DNA of 64,000 nt from an uncultured Thermodesulfobacteriaceae bacterium. GTDB taxonomy: Bacteria; Desulfobacterota; Dissulfuribacteria; Dissulfuribacterales; UBA3076. The DNA lies in contig CAZYEJ010000006.1 in NCBI GenBank assembly GCA_964646435.1, positions 1,965 to 65,964 on the forward strand, given 5' to 3'. A program made the translations under genes and the position numbers. The notes below the pieces were generated by a model that saw only the letters and a list, made by a program, of their open reading frames with translations, was not told where the DNA came from and did not search any database. Below are positions 28,543 to 36,617 of this stretch, in pieces; the stretch's first letter is position 1, and every line of letters starts with the position of its first letter.

Positions 28543-29361
28543 ATGAAACCACGCGTCGGACACATTCAATTTCTCAACAGTCTGCCTTTGTATCATTGTC
28601 TGGTTCAAAATCAGGTGGTGCTCAATATTGACCTTTTCAAAGATAGCCCCAAGGCCCTGTGTCGTCGATTGCTGGCCGATGAACTGGATATCAGCCCGGT
28701 CCCGGCAATCGAATACGCCAGGCATGCCGACGAACTGCTTCTCTTGCCGGATCTGACTATCAGCTCCGACGGCAAGGTAATGAGCATTTTGTTGATCAGC
28801 AAAGTTCCCATTGAGCAATTGGATAAAAAAACCGTTGCCCTGACCAACACATCAGCCACTTCCCAGGTACTCATCCGGATCATCATAGAAAAAAAATATG
28901 GACTGCGCCCCACCTATTTTGAATGCCCGCCGGATCTGGGCCAAATGTTCCGAGAGGCCCAGGCGGCCTTGCTGATCGGCGATGACGCCCTGAGGGCACT
29001 CCAAGCACCGTCAGGTTATCACTTGTATGACCTCGGCGAAGAATGGAAATCTTTCACTGGGAAGAAAATGGTGTATGCCGTCTGGTGTGTTCGCAGGGAC
29101 TATGCCGTCAGACATCCGAAAAACGTCCGGAAAGTCATTCACGCTTTTCAGCACTCCATGGAGATGAGCAAAAAATACGTTGACTTGATTGCAGAAGAAG
29201 CGGCTCGTTGGGACGTCTTTTCAAAAGATTTTCTGAAAAATTATTTCGTAACGCTGAAATTTGAATTTGGCCCTGAATACCAGCAGGGGTTTCTTACCTA
29301 TCTGAAAAAAGCCCGACAGTTGGGTGCCATTGATGATGTTCCTGAGCTTTTGTTTTTCTAG
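28543..29361 (+). CDS. mqnA: MqnA-family protein (futalosine-pathway chorismate dehydratase-like, DUF178)
   Basis: RVGHIQFLNSLPL...DISPVPAIEY...ALLIGDDAL...YDLGEEWKSFTGKKMVYAVW. Confidence 0.65.
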   Translation: MKPRVGHIQFLNSLPLYHCLVQNQVVLNIDLFKDSPKALCRRLLADELDISPVPAIEYARHADELLLLPDLTISSDGKVMSILLISKVPIEQLDKKTVALTNTSATSQVLIRIIIEKKYGLRPTYFECPPDLGQMFREAQAALLIGDDALRALQAPSGYHLYDLGEEWKSFTGKKMVYAVWCVRRDYAVRHPKNVRKVIHAFQHSMEMSKKYVDLIAEEAARWDVFSKDFLKNYFVTLKFEFGPEYQQGFLTYLKKARQLGAIDDVPELLFF

Positions 29362-29625
29362 AAATGTATAGACCAAGGAGTACCTGATGAAAAAAATGAC
29401 AGCAGTGACCTTGGACCACTATCGGATTTAACGTTACTGACTAAATCGTTAATCTCCCTGGAAGCTATGCAAAAGAGGTCCATGAGGATAAAAGCCAAGG
29501 AGCATTAATAAGGACAGCAAGATATCCAGTGGCTGGTCGTTGCAGAAGCGTTCAGCAGTCGCTGAGGGTTGGGGAACAATAGATCGATATCGAGTGGCGA
29601 TTTTGAAAAGACGGATAGTAAGCTG

Positions 29626-30777
29626 ATGCAATTAACCCAGTCACAAAAGGCACACATACGACACCTTAAAAGTACTGATGGATTAATACTGCTCAAGAGT
29701 TCCGGCAATTGGACGATTGATGCCCTTCGGGATGCCGCCGGGATGTTAGAGCAATTTTCAAAGAAGACCCGCAATGAATCCATCCAGTGGGATGTTTCTG
29801 ATGTTGGGCGTGTTGATTCGGCAGGTATGATGCTTTTTATCCACTATTACGATTTGCTGAAGTCCAACAACTGCTCCATTGAAGTCATTGGCGCCAAGGA
29901 TGAGCATGAAAAGATGTATCGGCTGCTGCGAGAGTATGCACCCGGACATCCTGTGGTCGGACCTGCTTTTTCCTCCCGTTTCCTGAGGATCTTTAACGGA
30001 ATAGGGAAAATCTCAGTGGCGTTTGTGCTGGATATAGCGGCATTTCTCTCTTTTGTCGGCGAAAATTTTGTGATCTTTCTTACCTCTTTGCTCAATCCGT
30101 TTTCCATCCGGTTTGGCGCAATTGTGAAAAATATTGAAGATGCCGGCGTGCGCGCAATGCCTATCGTTGCCCTGACCAGTTTTTTAATCGGGATTGTGAT
30201 CGCCTACCAGGGCGCTGTGCAGCTTGAGAAGTTCGGCGCCCATATCTTCATTGTGGACATGATCGGCATCTCGGTCACCAGGGAACTTGCCCCACTTATC
30301 ACTGCCATAGTTGTGGCCGGTCGTACCGGTTCCTCTTATACCGCACAACTTGGCGTGATGAAGATAACTGAAGAGATTGATGCCATGCGCACCATGGGAT
30401 TTGATCCCCACCGCTTTCTCGTGCTGCCGCGCATCATGGCCTTGATGATTGCCCTGCCGCTTATGATTTTTTTTGCCGATATAGTCGGTATTCTTGGCGG
30501 CATGTTTATCTCTCATGTCCATCTGCACCTCTCTTATGCCGAGTTTCTCCACCGGTTGCAGACTGCTCTTGAAATGAAGCATGTATGGATTGGTATTGGT
30601 AAAGGTCCGTTTTTCGCCTGGCTTATCGCCTCCGTCGGCTGTTTCCGTGGCTTTCAGGTCTCAAAAAGTACGGAAAGCATAGGACGTTACACCACCATCA
30701 GTGTTGTTAACGCTATTTTCCTGGTGATTGCATGTGACGCACTCTTTTCAGTAATATTAACGGAGCTTGGCATTTGA
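29626..30777 (+). CDS. MlaE-family ABC permease with an N-terminal STAS-like domain
   Basis: N-terminus reads LLKSSGNWTIDAL...WDVSDVGRVDSAGMMLF (STAS pattern). C-terminus is an MlaE core (ELAPLITAIVVAGRTGSSYTAQLGVMKITEEIDAMRTMG). ATG 29626 is preferred over the tracked TTG 29569. Confidence 0.85.
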   Translation: MQLTQSQKAHIRHLKSTDGLILLKSSGNWTIDALRDAAGMLEQFSKKTRNESIQWDVSDVGRVDSAGMMLFIHYYDLLKSNNCSIEVIGAKDEHEKMYRLLREYAPGHPVVGPAFSSRFLRIFNGIGKISVAFVLDIAAFLSFVGENFVIFLTSLLNPFSIRFGAIVKNIEDAGVRAMPIVALTSFLIGIVIAYQGAVQLEKFGAHIFIVDMIGISVTRELAPLITAIVVAGRTGSSYTAQLGVMKITEEIDAMRTMGFDPHRFLVLPRIMALMIALPLMIFFADIVGILGGMFISHVHLHLSYAEFLHRLQTALEMKHVWIGIGKGPFFAWLIASVGCFRGFQVSKSTESIGRYTTISVVNAIFLVIACDALFSVILTELGI

Positions 30778-31541
30778 GTGACACCGTTATCACAGTTTTA
30801 AATGTTGTGACCCGGTTCGGCAAAAACGTGGTCCATGACGGCATCAGCCTGAATGTGCGCCAGGGTGAAATCTATGGGCTTCTTGGCGGCAGCGGATCAG
30901 GGAAATCAACTTTAATGAAAGAGATTATCATGCTGCAGCGTCCCCAGTCCGGAGAGATCAGAGTTCTTGGTCAAAACCTTTTGACCATTACCCGTGCCGG
31001 TGCAACCATGCTGCGACGGCAATGGGGTGTGCTTTTTCAGGCTGGCGCCCTCTATTCTTCTCTCACGGTTAGGGAAAATGTTGGGATAAAGCTCAAGGAG
31101 TATACTGATCTCCCCTTGAAACTAATCCAGGATATCGTGCGCCTGAAGATAAATATGGTTGGTCTTCCTGAACATGCAGCGGATCTCTATCCGGCGGAAC
31201 TGAGTGGCGGCATGGTCAAACGGGCGTCATTGGCACGGGCGTTGGCCATGGACCCGAAGCTGCTGTTTCTTGATGAACCGACCTCAGGGCTGGATCCCGT
31301 GGGCGCAGAGGCTTTTGACAATTTGATTCTTAAACTGCGGGAGGTCCTTGGTTTAACCGTTGTAATGGTAACCCATGATCTTGATTCCATCTGGACTGTA
31401 GTTGACCGTTTTGCCGTACTGGGCGAAAAGAAAGTGATTGCGGAAGGCACTCTTAATGAGGTCAGACAAAATACTCATCCCGTTATCAAAAAGTTCTTCG
31501 GGGGAAAGCGGGGGCTGATAAGGAGTCGGAATGGAAGGTAG
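30774..31541 (+). CDS. MlaF-like ABC ATPase
   Basis: GGSGSGKST, LSGGMVKRASLARAL and LLFLDEPTSGLD. Confidence 0.9.
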   Translation: MSDTVITVLNVVTRFGKNVVHDGISLNVRQGEIYGLLGGSGSGKSTLMKEIIMLQRPQSGEIRVLGQNLLTITRAGATMLRRQWGVLFQAGALYSSLTVRENVGIKLKEYTDLPLKLIQDIVRLKINMVGLPEHAADLYPAELSGGMVKRASLARALAMDPKLLFLDEPTSGLDPVGAEAFDNLILKLREVLGLTVVMVTHDLDSIWTVVDRFAVLGEKKVIAEGTLNEVRQNTHPVIKKFFGGKRGLIRSRNGR

Positions 31542-32427
31542 AATCAATTATACGATTGTCGGACTCTTTGTTGTTCTGTTGTTGGCAGGTCTGATAGCTT
31601 TCATTTACTGGCTAGGCAAATATAGCGGCAAACAGGAATATGACCATTATTATGTCTATATGTCGGAATCGGTTTCCGGATTGAGCGCTGATGTTTCCGT
31701 TAAATACAGGGGCGTTGACGTAGGTACTGTGGAGCATATAGGTATAAATCCGAAAAATTCCGAAGAGGTGGAACTTCTTTTGAAAATCAAACATGATACT
31801 CAAGTTAAGGTGGACACCACGGCCACGCTTGAGTTTTTCGGAATAACGGGGCTGGCCTTTGTTGAGCTCAAAGGGGGCAGCAAAGACGCTCCGCTGTTCA
31901 GCAAAACAAAAGACGAGATTCCTGTCATTCCTGCAAGTCCTTCAACCTACGCACGACTCAATAAATCCATGACCATACTTGCTGCAAAATCGGCAATGGC
32001 CCTGGACAAGTTTGACCGGCTGCTCAGTGAGAAAAATCTGCAAAACATTGAAGATATACTTTCTGAAACAAAGATCCTCGCCAAAGATATCAGAGGGCAA
32101 CTGCAAGGATTCCAGAACCTCGTTGATAACGGTGTTGTCATGGAGAAACGCGTTGTCGGGGCTTTTGAAAAGGTTGAAGACGCCTCTGTCAGTGTTGAGA
32201 AAATGGCCGACGGCCTGGAGAAAAACTATGCTGACATCGGTCGTAATATAAGCCAAGATGCGCGACAGAGTCTTGAATCGTTTAATAAACTGCTTTACGA
32301 ATTGGGTATTCTGGTGGGAGATCTGCAAAGAACAACCCGCGCTATTGAAGCCAGTCCTGGAGATCTGATATTCAAACGCTCTCAGCCGCGGCCAGGACCT
32401 GGAGAGGAGGGATACAGTGAAAAATAG
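31531..32427 (+). CDS. MCE/MlaD-family substrate-binding protein (298 aa)
   Basis: N-terminal TM helix followed by the MCE domain (VSVKYRGVDVGTVEHI). Confidence 0.85.
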   Translation: MEGRINYTIVGLFVVLLLAGLIAFIYWLGKYSGKQEYDHYYVYMSESVSGLSADVSVKYRGVDVGTVEHIGINPKNSEEVELLLKIKHDTQVKVDTTATLEFFGITGLAFVELKGGSKDAPLFSKTKDEIPVIPASPSTYARLNKSMTILAAKSAMALDKFDRLLSEKNLQNIEDILSETKILAKDIRGQLQGFQNLVDNGVVMEKRVVGAFEKVEDASVSVEKMADGLEKNYADIGRNISQDARQSLESFNKLLYELGILVGDLQRTTRAIEASPGDLIFKRSQPRPGPGEEGYSEK

Positions 32428-33034
32428 GCTCTATATGGTCTTCGTATTGACCTGTATACTGCTCGCAGGATGCGTGACCAAAACCGTTCCTCCCGCCTCC
32501 ATCTATACGATATCGCCTGAATGGGACAGCAGTGAAGCCCAAGAGGAAACAGGAAAAAAGAATTCTACTATTATTAAAATGGCTTCGGTTCGTGGAACGC
32601 GAGCCCTTACAGGCACCGAAATCTTTTATACTGATGCACGGTATGGCCAGAACAGCTATGCTTACAGCCGCTGGAGTGATGCGCCGGTCAGATTGCTGCA
32701 AATACTCTTCCAGGTTGCCTTGGAAAAAAGTGGCCGGTTTGGGGCTGTGGTTCCTCCCGCCTCCGCTTCAGAAGCCGATCTGCTTTTGGAAAGCACTCTG
32801 TTTGATTTCAGCCACCATATCAAAGATGACGGAACTTCTGAAGGAGTCATCAGGGTACGTTTTTATGTCATAGATAATACGACAAAAAAGGTAATTGCAA
32901 CGAAAGAGTTTGTGTCCAGGGTGCCGGCATCCTCGCAGAATGCTCAAGGCGCCGTGGCCGCACTCAACAAGGCTGCGACAAATGTCGCCCGCAGCCTTAT
33001 TGCTTGGCTTGCCGAACCCGGCAGGATTTTGTAA
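32417..33034 (+). CDS. ABC-type transport auxiliary lipoprotein (DUF330-like)
   Basis: Lipobox LLAGC. Its size and its position after the MCE gene fit the family. The TAA stop lies inside repeat R2 copy b. Confidence 0.65.
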   Translation: MKNRLYMVFVLTCILLAGCVTKTVPPASIYTISPEWDSSEAQEETGKKNSTIIKMASVRGTRALTGTEIFYTDARYGQNSYAYSRWSDAPVRLLQILFQVALEKSGRFGAVVPPASASEADLLLESTLFDFSHHIKDDGTSEGVIRVRFYVIDNTTKKVIATKEFVSRVPASSQNAQGAVAALNKAATNVARSLIAWLAEPGRIL

Positions 33035-33131
33035 GCGTTCACAGGGCACCGCATCTGCTTTGTTGTCGGGCACTTGAAGTACAGGGAGTACGTCGTACGC
33101 CTCGCATCTGCAGCACCCTGTAAACGCTTAC
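33031..33131. repeat. MITE-like repeat family R2, copy b (101 nt)
   Basis: GTAAGCGTTCACAGGGCACCGCATCTGC...GCATCTGCAGCACCCTGTAAACGCTTAC. The 16-nt terminal inverted repeats have 1 mismatch. Confidence 0.75.
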
Positions 33132-33280
33132 AGTTCAGGAAAAGAACCAATCTATTATGACCTGAATTGAGCGTTTAGCTGTTAGTAACCTATTTGGAAA
33201 ACAGCAACAAATTAACCGCTAACCGCTAATACCTAATTTTGTAATAGCAAGAACATCCTGTAATCATTAAACTAATAGCT

Positions 33281-33393
33281 AACCGCAAAGACGCAAAGAA
33301 CGCAAAGTTAAACACAAAGAAGATACTTATCCAGCCGGTAACGGTCCGGCTGGATAAAAAGTATTTCTTAGCGTCCTTAGCGTCTTCGCGGTT
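33281..33393. repeat. Long hairpin element (R9)
   Basis: Arms AACCGCAAAGACGCAAAGAACGCAAAG and CTTAGCGTCCTTAGCGTCTTCGCGGTT flank a perfect 12-bp core TTATCCAGCCGG / CCGGCTGGATAA. Confidence 0.7.
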
Positions 33394-33525
33394 CAATTTA
33401 CCGTGAAAATACCTCGTAGTGGTAAAAAAAACATACAAAGGCTAATCGCTTAATTTAGGTTATAATAAAAGGCTGCCGGCTGCCTGGCAGAGAGCGAATA
33501 ATTACACCCAAGGAGATTTTTCAGG

Positions 33526-33858
33526 ATGCGACAATACGTAGTAGATGAACTCAGAGCAGATGAAGTTGAAAAAATTAAAGAGTATTTGGACGAACACTGT
33601 GATCTTTCAGATATGGTGGGGCTTTACTGGCTTAAAATACCAGATGATATCCTTTCTCAAACACAGTATGAACATAAGAACTGCCAGCCCCATTGCGCAG
33701 CCATAGAGCTGGGAAACAAATGGGTGAAGTTTGAGATGCTGGTTAGGAGCCGCCAGAAGATAAGATGTGAATGTGTGTGTTATGCAACTCCTCAGCAAAG
33801 GACTTTTTTGTTGTCTTTTGTCGATAATCTTCTGGACCAGACAGGAATAAGAATATGA
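33526..33858 (+). CDS. Hypothetical 110-aa Cys/His-containing protein
   Basis: AAGGAG Shine-Dalgarno sequence, with a TATAAT about 60 nt upstream. Contains HKNCQPHC...CECVCYAT. I do not recognise a family. Confidence 0.6.
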   Translation: MRQYVVDELRADEVEKIKEYLDEHCDLSDMVGLYWLKIPDDILSQTQYEHKNCQPHCAAIELGNKWVKFEMLVRSRQKIRCECVCYATPQQRTFLLSFVDNLLDQTGIRI

Positions 33859-33887
33859 GTAACTGTTCAAAAGTTCAGGGCTTACGG

Positions 33888-34139
33888 AAAAGATGAACAT
33901 CGAACATCGAACGTCCAACATCGAACATCGAATGGGAAAAGATGAAAAAACAGAATTATGATTTGGAAAAAAGGCTGCTAATAAAAAACCTGAACTACTA
34001 AATAATATTTTAGAGAAAACAGAAGAATTAATTAAGATTTTCGTTACGAGTATCAAAAGGGCTGAAAAGAAACAGAAATAGCCGTTGAATGTTCGGTATT
34101 GAATGTTCGTTTTTCATTCGATGTTGGACGTTCATCTTT
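33888..34139. repeat. Composite element R6: CATCGAA-heptamer inverted arms flanking a decayed ORF
   Basis: Left arm AAAGATGAACATCGAACATCGAACGTCCAACATCGAACATCGAATG (33888-33934) and right arm CATTCGATGTTGGACGTTCATCTTT (34115-34139). Confidence 0.7.
33942..34081 (+). pseudogene. Internally deleted four-helix-bundle (23S rRNA intervening-sequence family) gene remnant
   Basis: N-terminus MKKQNYDLEKRLL then stop. A second frame gives the C-terminus ...TEELIKIFVTSIKRAEKKQK. Both resemble the family ends (xDLEERxL... and ...ELIAIFxASxKTAKKN), as recalled from memory. Confidence 0.45.
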
Positions 34140-34188
34140 CAATGTAACCTCTGAACCCTGAACCTGTAAACGCTTACCAAAAAGGAGT

Positions 34189-35301
34189 ATGGAGATGCCT
34201 CAACTCAACATTGACTGTGAAGGCCCTATAACCCAGAATGACAATGCCTATGAGCTTTGTGATGCCCTGATACCTGAAGGAGGAAATTTCTTTGCCAGGG
34301 TCAGCAAATACGACGATTATCTTGCAGATATAGAGAAAAGGCCGGGCTACAAGGCAGGAGACACCCTCAAGCTGGTCCTTCCCTTTTTAATGGCTTGCGG
34401 GGCTACCAATAAAAAAATGGAAGAATTTTCAGAAAAAACCCTGATACTCCTTCCAGGGGCAAGGGATATGCTTCCAAAGATAGCCGGCTTGATGCCTACT
34501 TTTATCATAAGCACAAGCTATTGTCCGTATCTCCAGGCGCTCTGCAAGGTATCCGGTTTCCCTGAAGATCAGGTCTACTGCACTTCTCTGGAACTGGACC
34601 AATATGAGCTCACGGGACAAGAACAAAACAGACTTAAGGAACTGGCTTCGGAGATTGCCGGCCAACCCCTTCTTTCCTGGCCTGAAGAGGCAGAGAATAT
34701 CAGAAATCTCAGCAATGAGAACCAGGCACTGGTGAGCCGTCTGGATACCATGTTTTGGGAAGAGATTCCAAAAATGCGGATCGGAAAAATACTGTCAGAT
34801 GTAAACCCGGTTGGCGGCTTTGAAAAGGCAAGAGCTGTTGAAGATAGCCTCAAAAAGACAGGACTTACCTTATCAGAAGTACTCTACGTAGGAGACAGTA
34901 TTACCGATGTACAGGCCCTGGAGCTGGTTAAAAACGCAGAAGGTGTGGCTATTTCCTTTAACGGGAACCGCTATTCCATAAAAGCAGCCAAGTGGGCATG
35001 CATGTGTGGTAACACCACAATCATCGGGGCCATTGCCAGGCTCTTGATCCTGAACGGCATGGAAGCCATGGATGAACTCATGGCAGATATGGATAGTGAC
35101 CAGGCTGAGGGGACAGACTTTCTGGATGCCTTGGCATCAATGGGGGTTGAACCTGCCTTCCTTGAGCCGCTCCGGCTGCTCAGAGACAAAGACGTTCCAA
35201 GACTCTTCCTCGTCAATAGTACTAACATCTTTGATGTAATAAAAGACAGTGAATACATAAGGAAAAACGTGAGGGGCCTCAGTGTCGGAGAACTTGGATA
35301 G
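34189..35301 (+). CDS. HAD-like fold protein with an atypical motif I (D-x-E); possibly EhaR-like
   Basis: LNIDCEGPIT (motif I variant), FIISTSY, and YVGDSITD (motif IV). The EhaR resemblance is from memory only. Confidence 0.5.
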   Translation: MEMPQLNIDCEGPITQNDNAYELCDALIPEGGNFFARVSKYDDYLADIEKRPGYKAGDTLKLVLPFLMACGATNKKMEEFSEKTLILLPGARDMLPKIAGLMPTFIISTSYCPYLQALCKVSGFPEDQVYCTSLELDQYELTGQEQNRLKELASEIAGQPLLSWPEEAENIRNLSNENQALVSRLDTMFWEEIPKMRIGKILSDVNPVGGFEKARAVEDSLKKTGLTLSEVLYVGDSITDVQALELVKNAEGVAISFNGNRYSIKAAKWACMCGNTTIIGAIARLLILNGMEAMDELMADMDSDQAEGTDFLDALASMGVEPAFLEPLRLLRDKDVPRLFLVNSTNIFDVIKDSEYIRKNVRGLSVGELG

Positions 35302-35306
35302 GATTG

Positions 35307-36617
35307 CTATTTTAATAATGTGCCAAAAGCCATTCCCTTTTCAGCCTTTGTGATTCGGACCGGCAGGATCTGATTTTTAAGGTCTGCCTGACCTCTTCCG
35401 GTTTCCTCAATCAGCACAGGAATATAGTTTGGAGTAAGCCCTTTCCACAGATCAGTCTCTTTGTCTTGCTGCTCCACGAGGCACTCAAATATTTTTCCTA
35501 CCTGCGAACGGTAAAAGGCCTGCTTTTTTTCGTTTCCCAGATTCCTGACAGCCTTGCCTCTTCTCGCCTTTTCTTTTTTGGGTACCATGTCATTCATTGC
35601 TGCAGCAACAGTCCCTGGCCTGGAAGAAAATGGAAATGCATGGACATATGTAATAGGGAGTCCTGAGATCAATTCCATTGTCTTTTCAAAAGCAGACTCA
35701 TCTTCCCCTGGAAACCCGACCAGCACATCCGCCCCTATGGCTGCATCAGGCATGGCAGCTCTTAGCTCCATAATAAGATTTCTGTAATAAGAAGAGGTGT
35801 AGTGACGGTTCATACGTTTCAGGATTTTATCAGAACCGCTTTGAAGAGGAATGTGCCAGTGCGGACAGAAATTTGGGGTGGAACTTGCCCATGATATTAT
35901 GTCCGGAGTGAGTTCTGAGGGTTCTATGGAGCTTAAACGAAATCTCAGTTGAGGAAAGGCCGTGCATAGGCTTTTCAACAGGTCCAGAAGAGATGTCTTT
36001 TCCGGCAGGTCCTCACCATACATACCTATGTGAATCCCGGTAAACACAACCTCCTTTATCCCTTCCCGAATCATGGTCTTGACCTGTTTTTTCACCAATT
36101 CAGGGGCAAGGCTCCTACTCCTTCCTCGTGCGTAAGGTACGATGCAGTATGTGCAAAAGGAATTACATCCGTCCTGAATTCGTACAAAAGCCCTGGTCCT
36201 TCCCAATTGGCGTCTTACAGTAAAGGGCGCGATGGTTGTAACTCTGGAAATACTGCCGACATAGAATTCCATGCCGTCTTCGATCTCAAAGGCAAGGTCT
36301 ACAAGTTGCGCCTTTTGGCCGTTTCCTATGAGACATACCTGGCCAGGAACCGCCTCCAGGATTTCCTGTGCTCCTACCTGGACATAACAACCAGTGGCTA
36401 TGATTCGTGATTTTTTTCTGGATCGCCTCAGTCTTCTGAGTATCTGCCTCGACTGATAGGCAGCCTTTGAAGTCACTGTGCACGTATTTACAACGTAGAT
36501 ATCAGCTTCCTGAGTGTAATTGACAATATCCGCTCCCTTTGAGATAAAACCCTCTGCCAGGGCGGCAGTTTCAAACTGATTGACCTTGCATCCGAGGGTG
36601 TAAAGGGCTACTCGCAT
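35307..36617 (-). CDS. mtaB: Radical-SAM methylthiotransferase, MtaB-like
   Basis: MRVALYTLGCKVNQFE...VVNTCTVT, the radical SAM motif CNSFCTYC, and a TRAM-like C-terminus. Confidence 0.8.
   Translation of the reverse strand: MRVALYTLGCKVNQFETAALAEGFISKGADIVNYTQEADIYVVNTCTVTSKAAYQSRQILRRLRRSRKKSRIIATGCYVQVGAQEILEAVPGQVCLIGNGQKAQLVDLAFEIEDGMEFYVGSISRVTTIAPFTVRRQLGRTRAFVRIQDGCNSFCTYCIVPYARGRSRSLAPELVKKQVKTMIREGIKEVVFTGIHIGMYGEDLPEKTSLLDLLKSLCTAFPQLRFRLSSIEPSELTPDIISWASSTPNFCPHWHIPLQSGSDKILKRMNRHYTSSYYRNLIMELRAAMPDAAIGADVLVGFPGEDESAFEKTMELISGLPITYVHAFPFSSRPGTVAAAMNDMVPKKEKARRGKAVRNLGNEKKQAFYRSQVGKIFECLVEQQDKETDLWKGLTPNYIPVLIEETGRGQADLKNQILPVRITKAEKGMAFGTLLK

Noticed and set aside
29387-29431. 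14-codon ORF MKKMTAVTLDHYRI with an AAGGAG Shine-Dalgarno sequence upstream of MCE system 1
   Set aside because: It is too short to evaluate, and I could see no associated attenuator structure.
33226-33438. 70-aa minus-strand ORF (…REDAKDAKK…FFASLRL…)
   Set aside because: It is the translation of both arms of the R9 hairpin. It has no Shine-Dalgarno sequence and a mirror-image composition.
33607-34056. 149-aa minus-strand ORF spanning the 110-aa gene and the R6 element
   Set aside because: It runs antisense to a better-supported gene and then through heptamer repeats and the four-helix-bundle remnant. The sequence is low-complexity.
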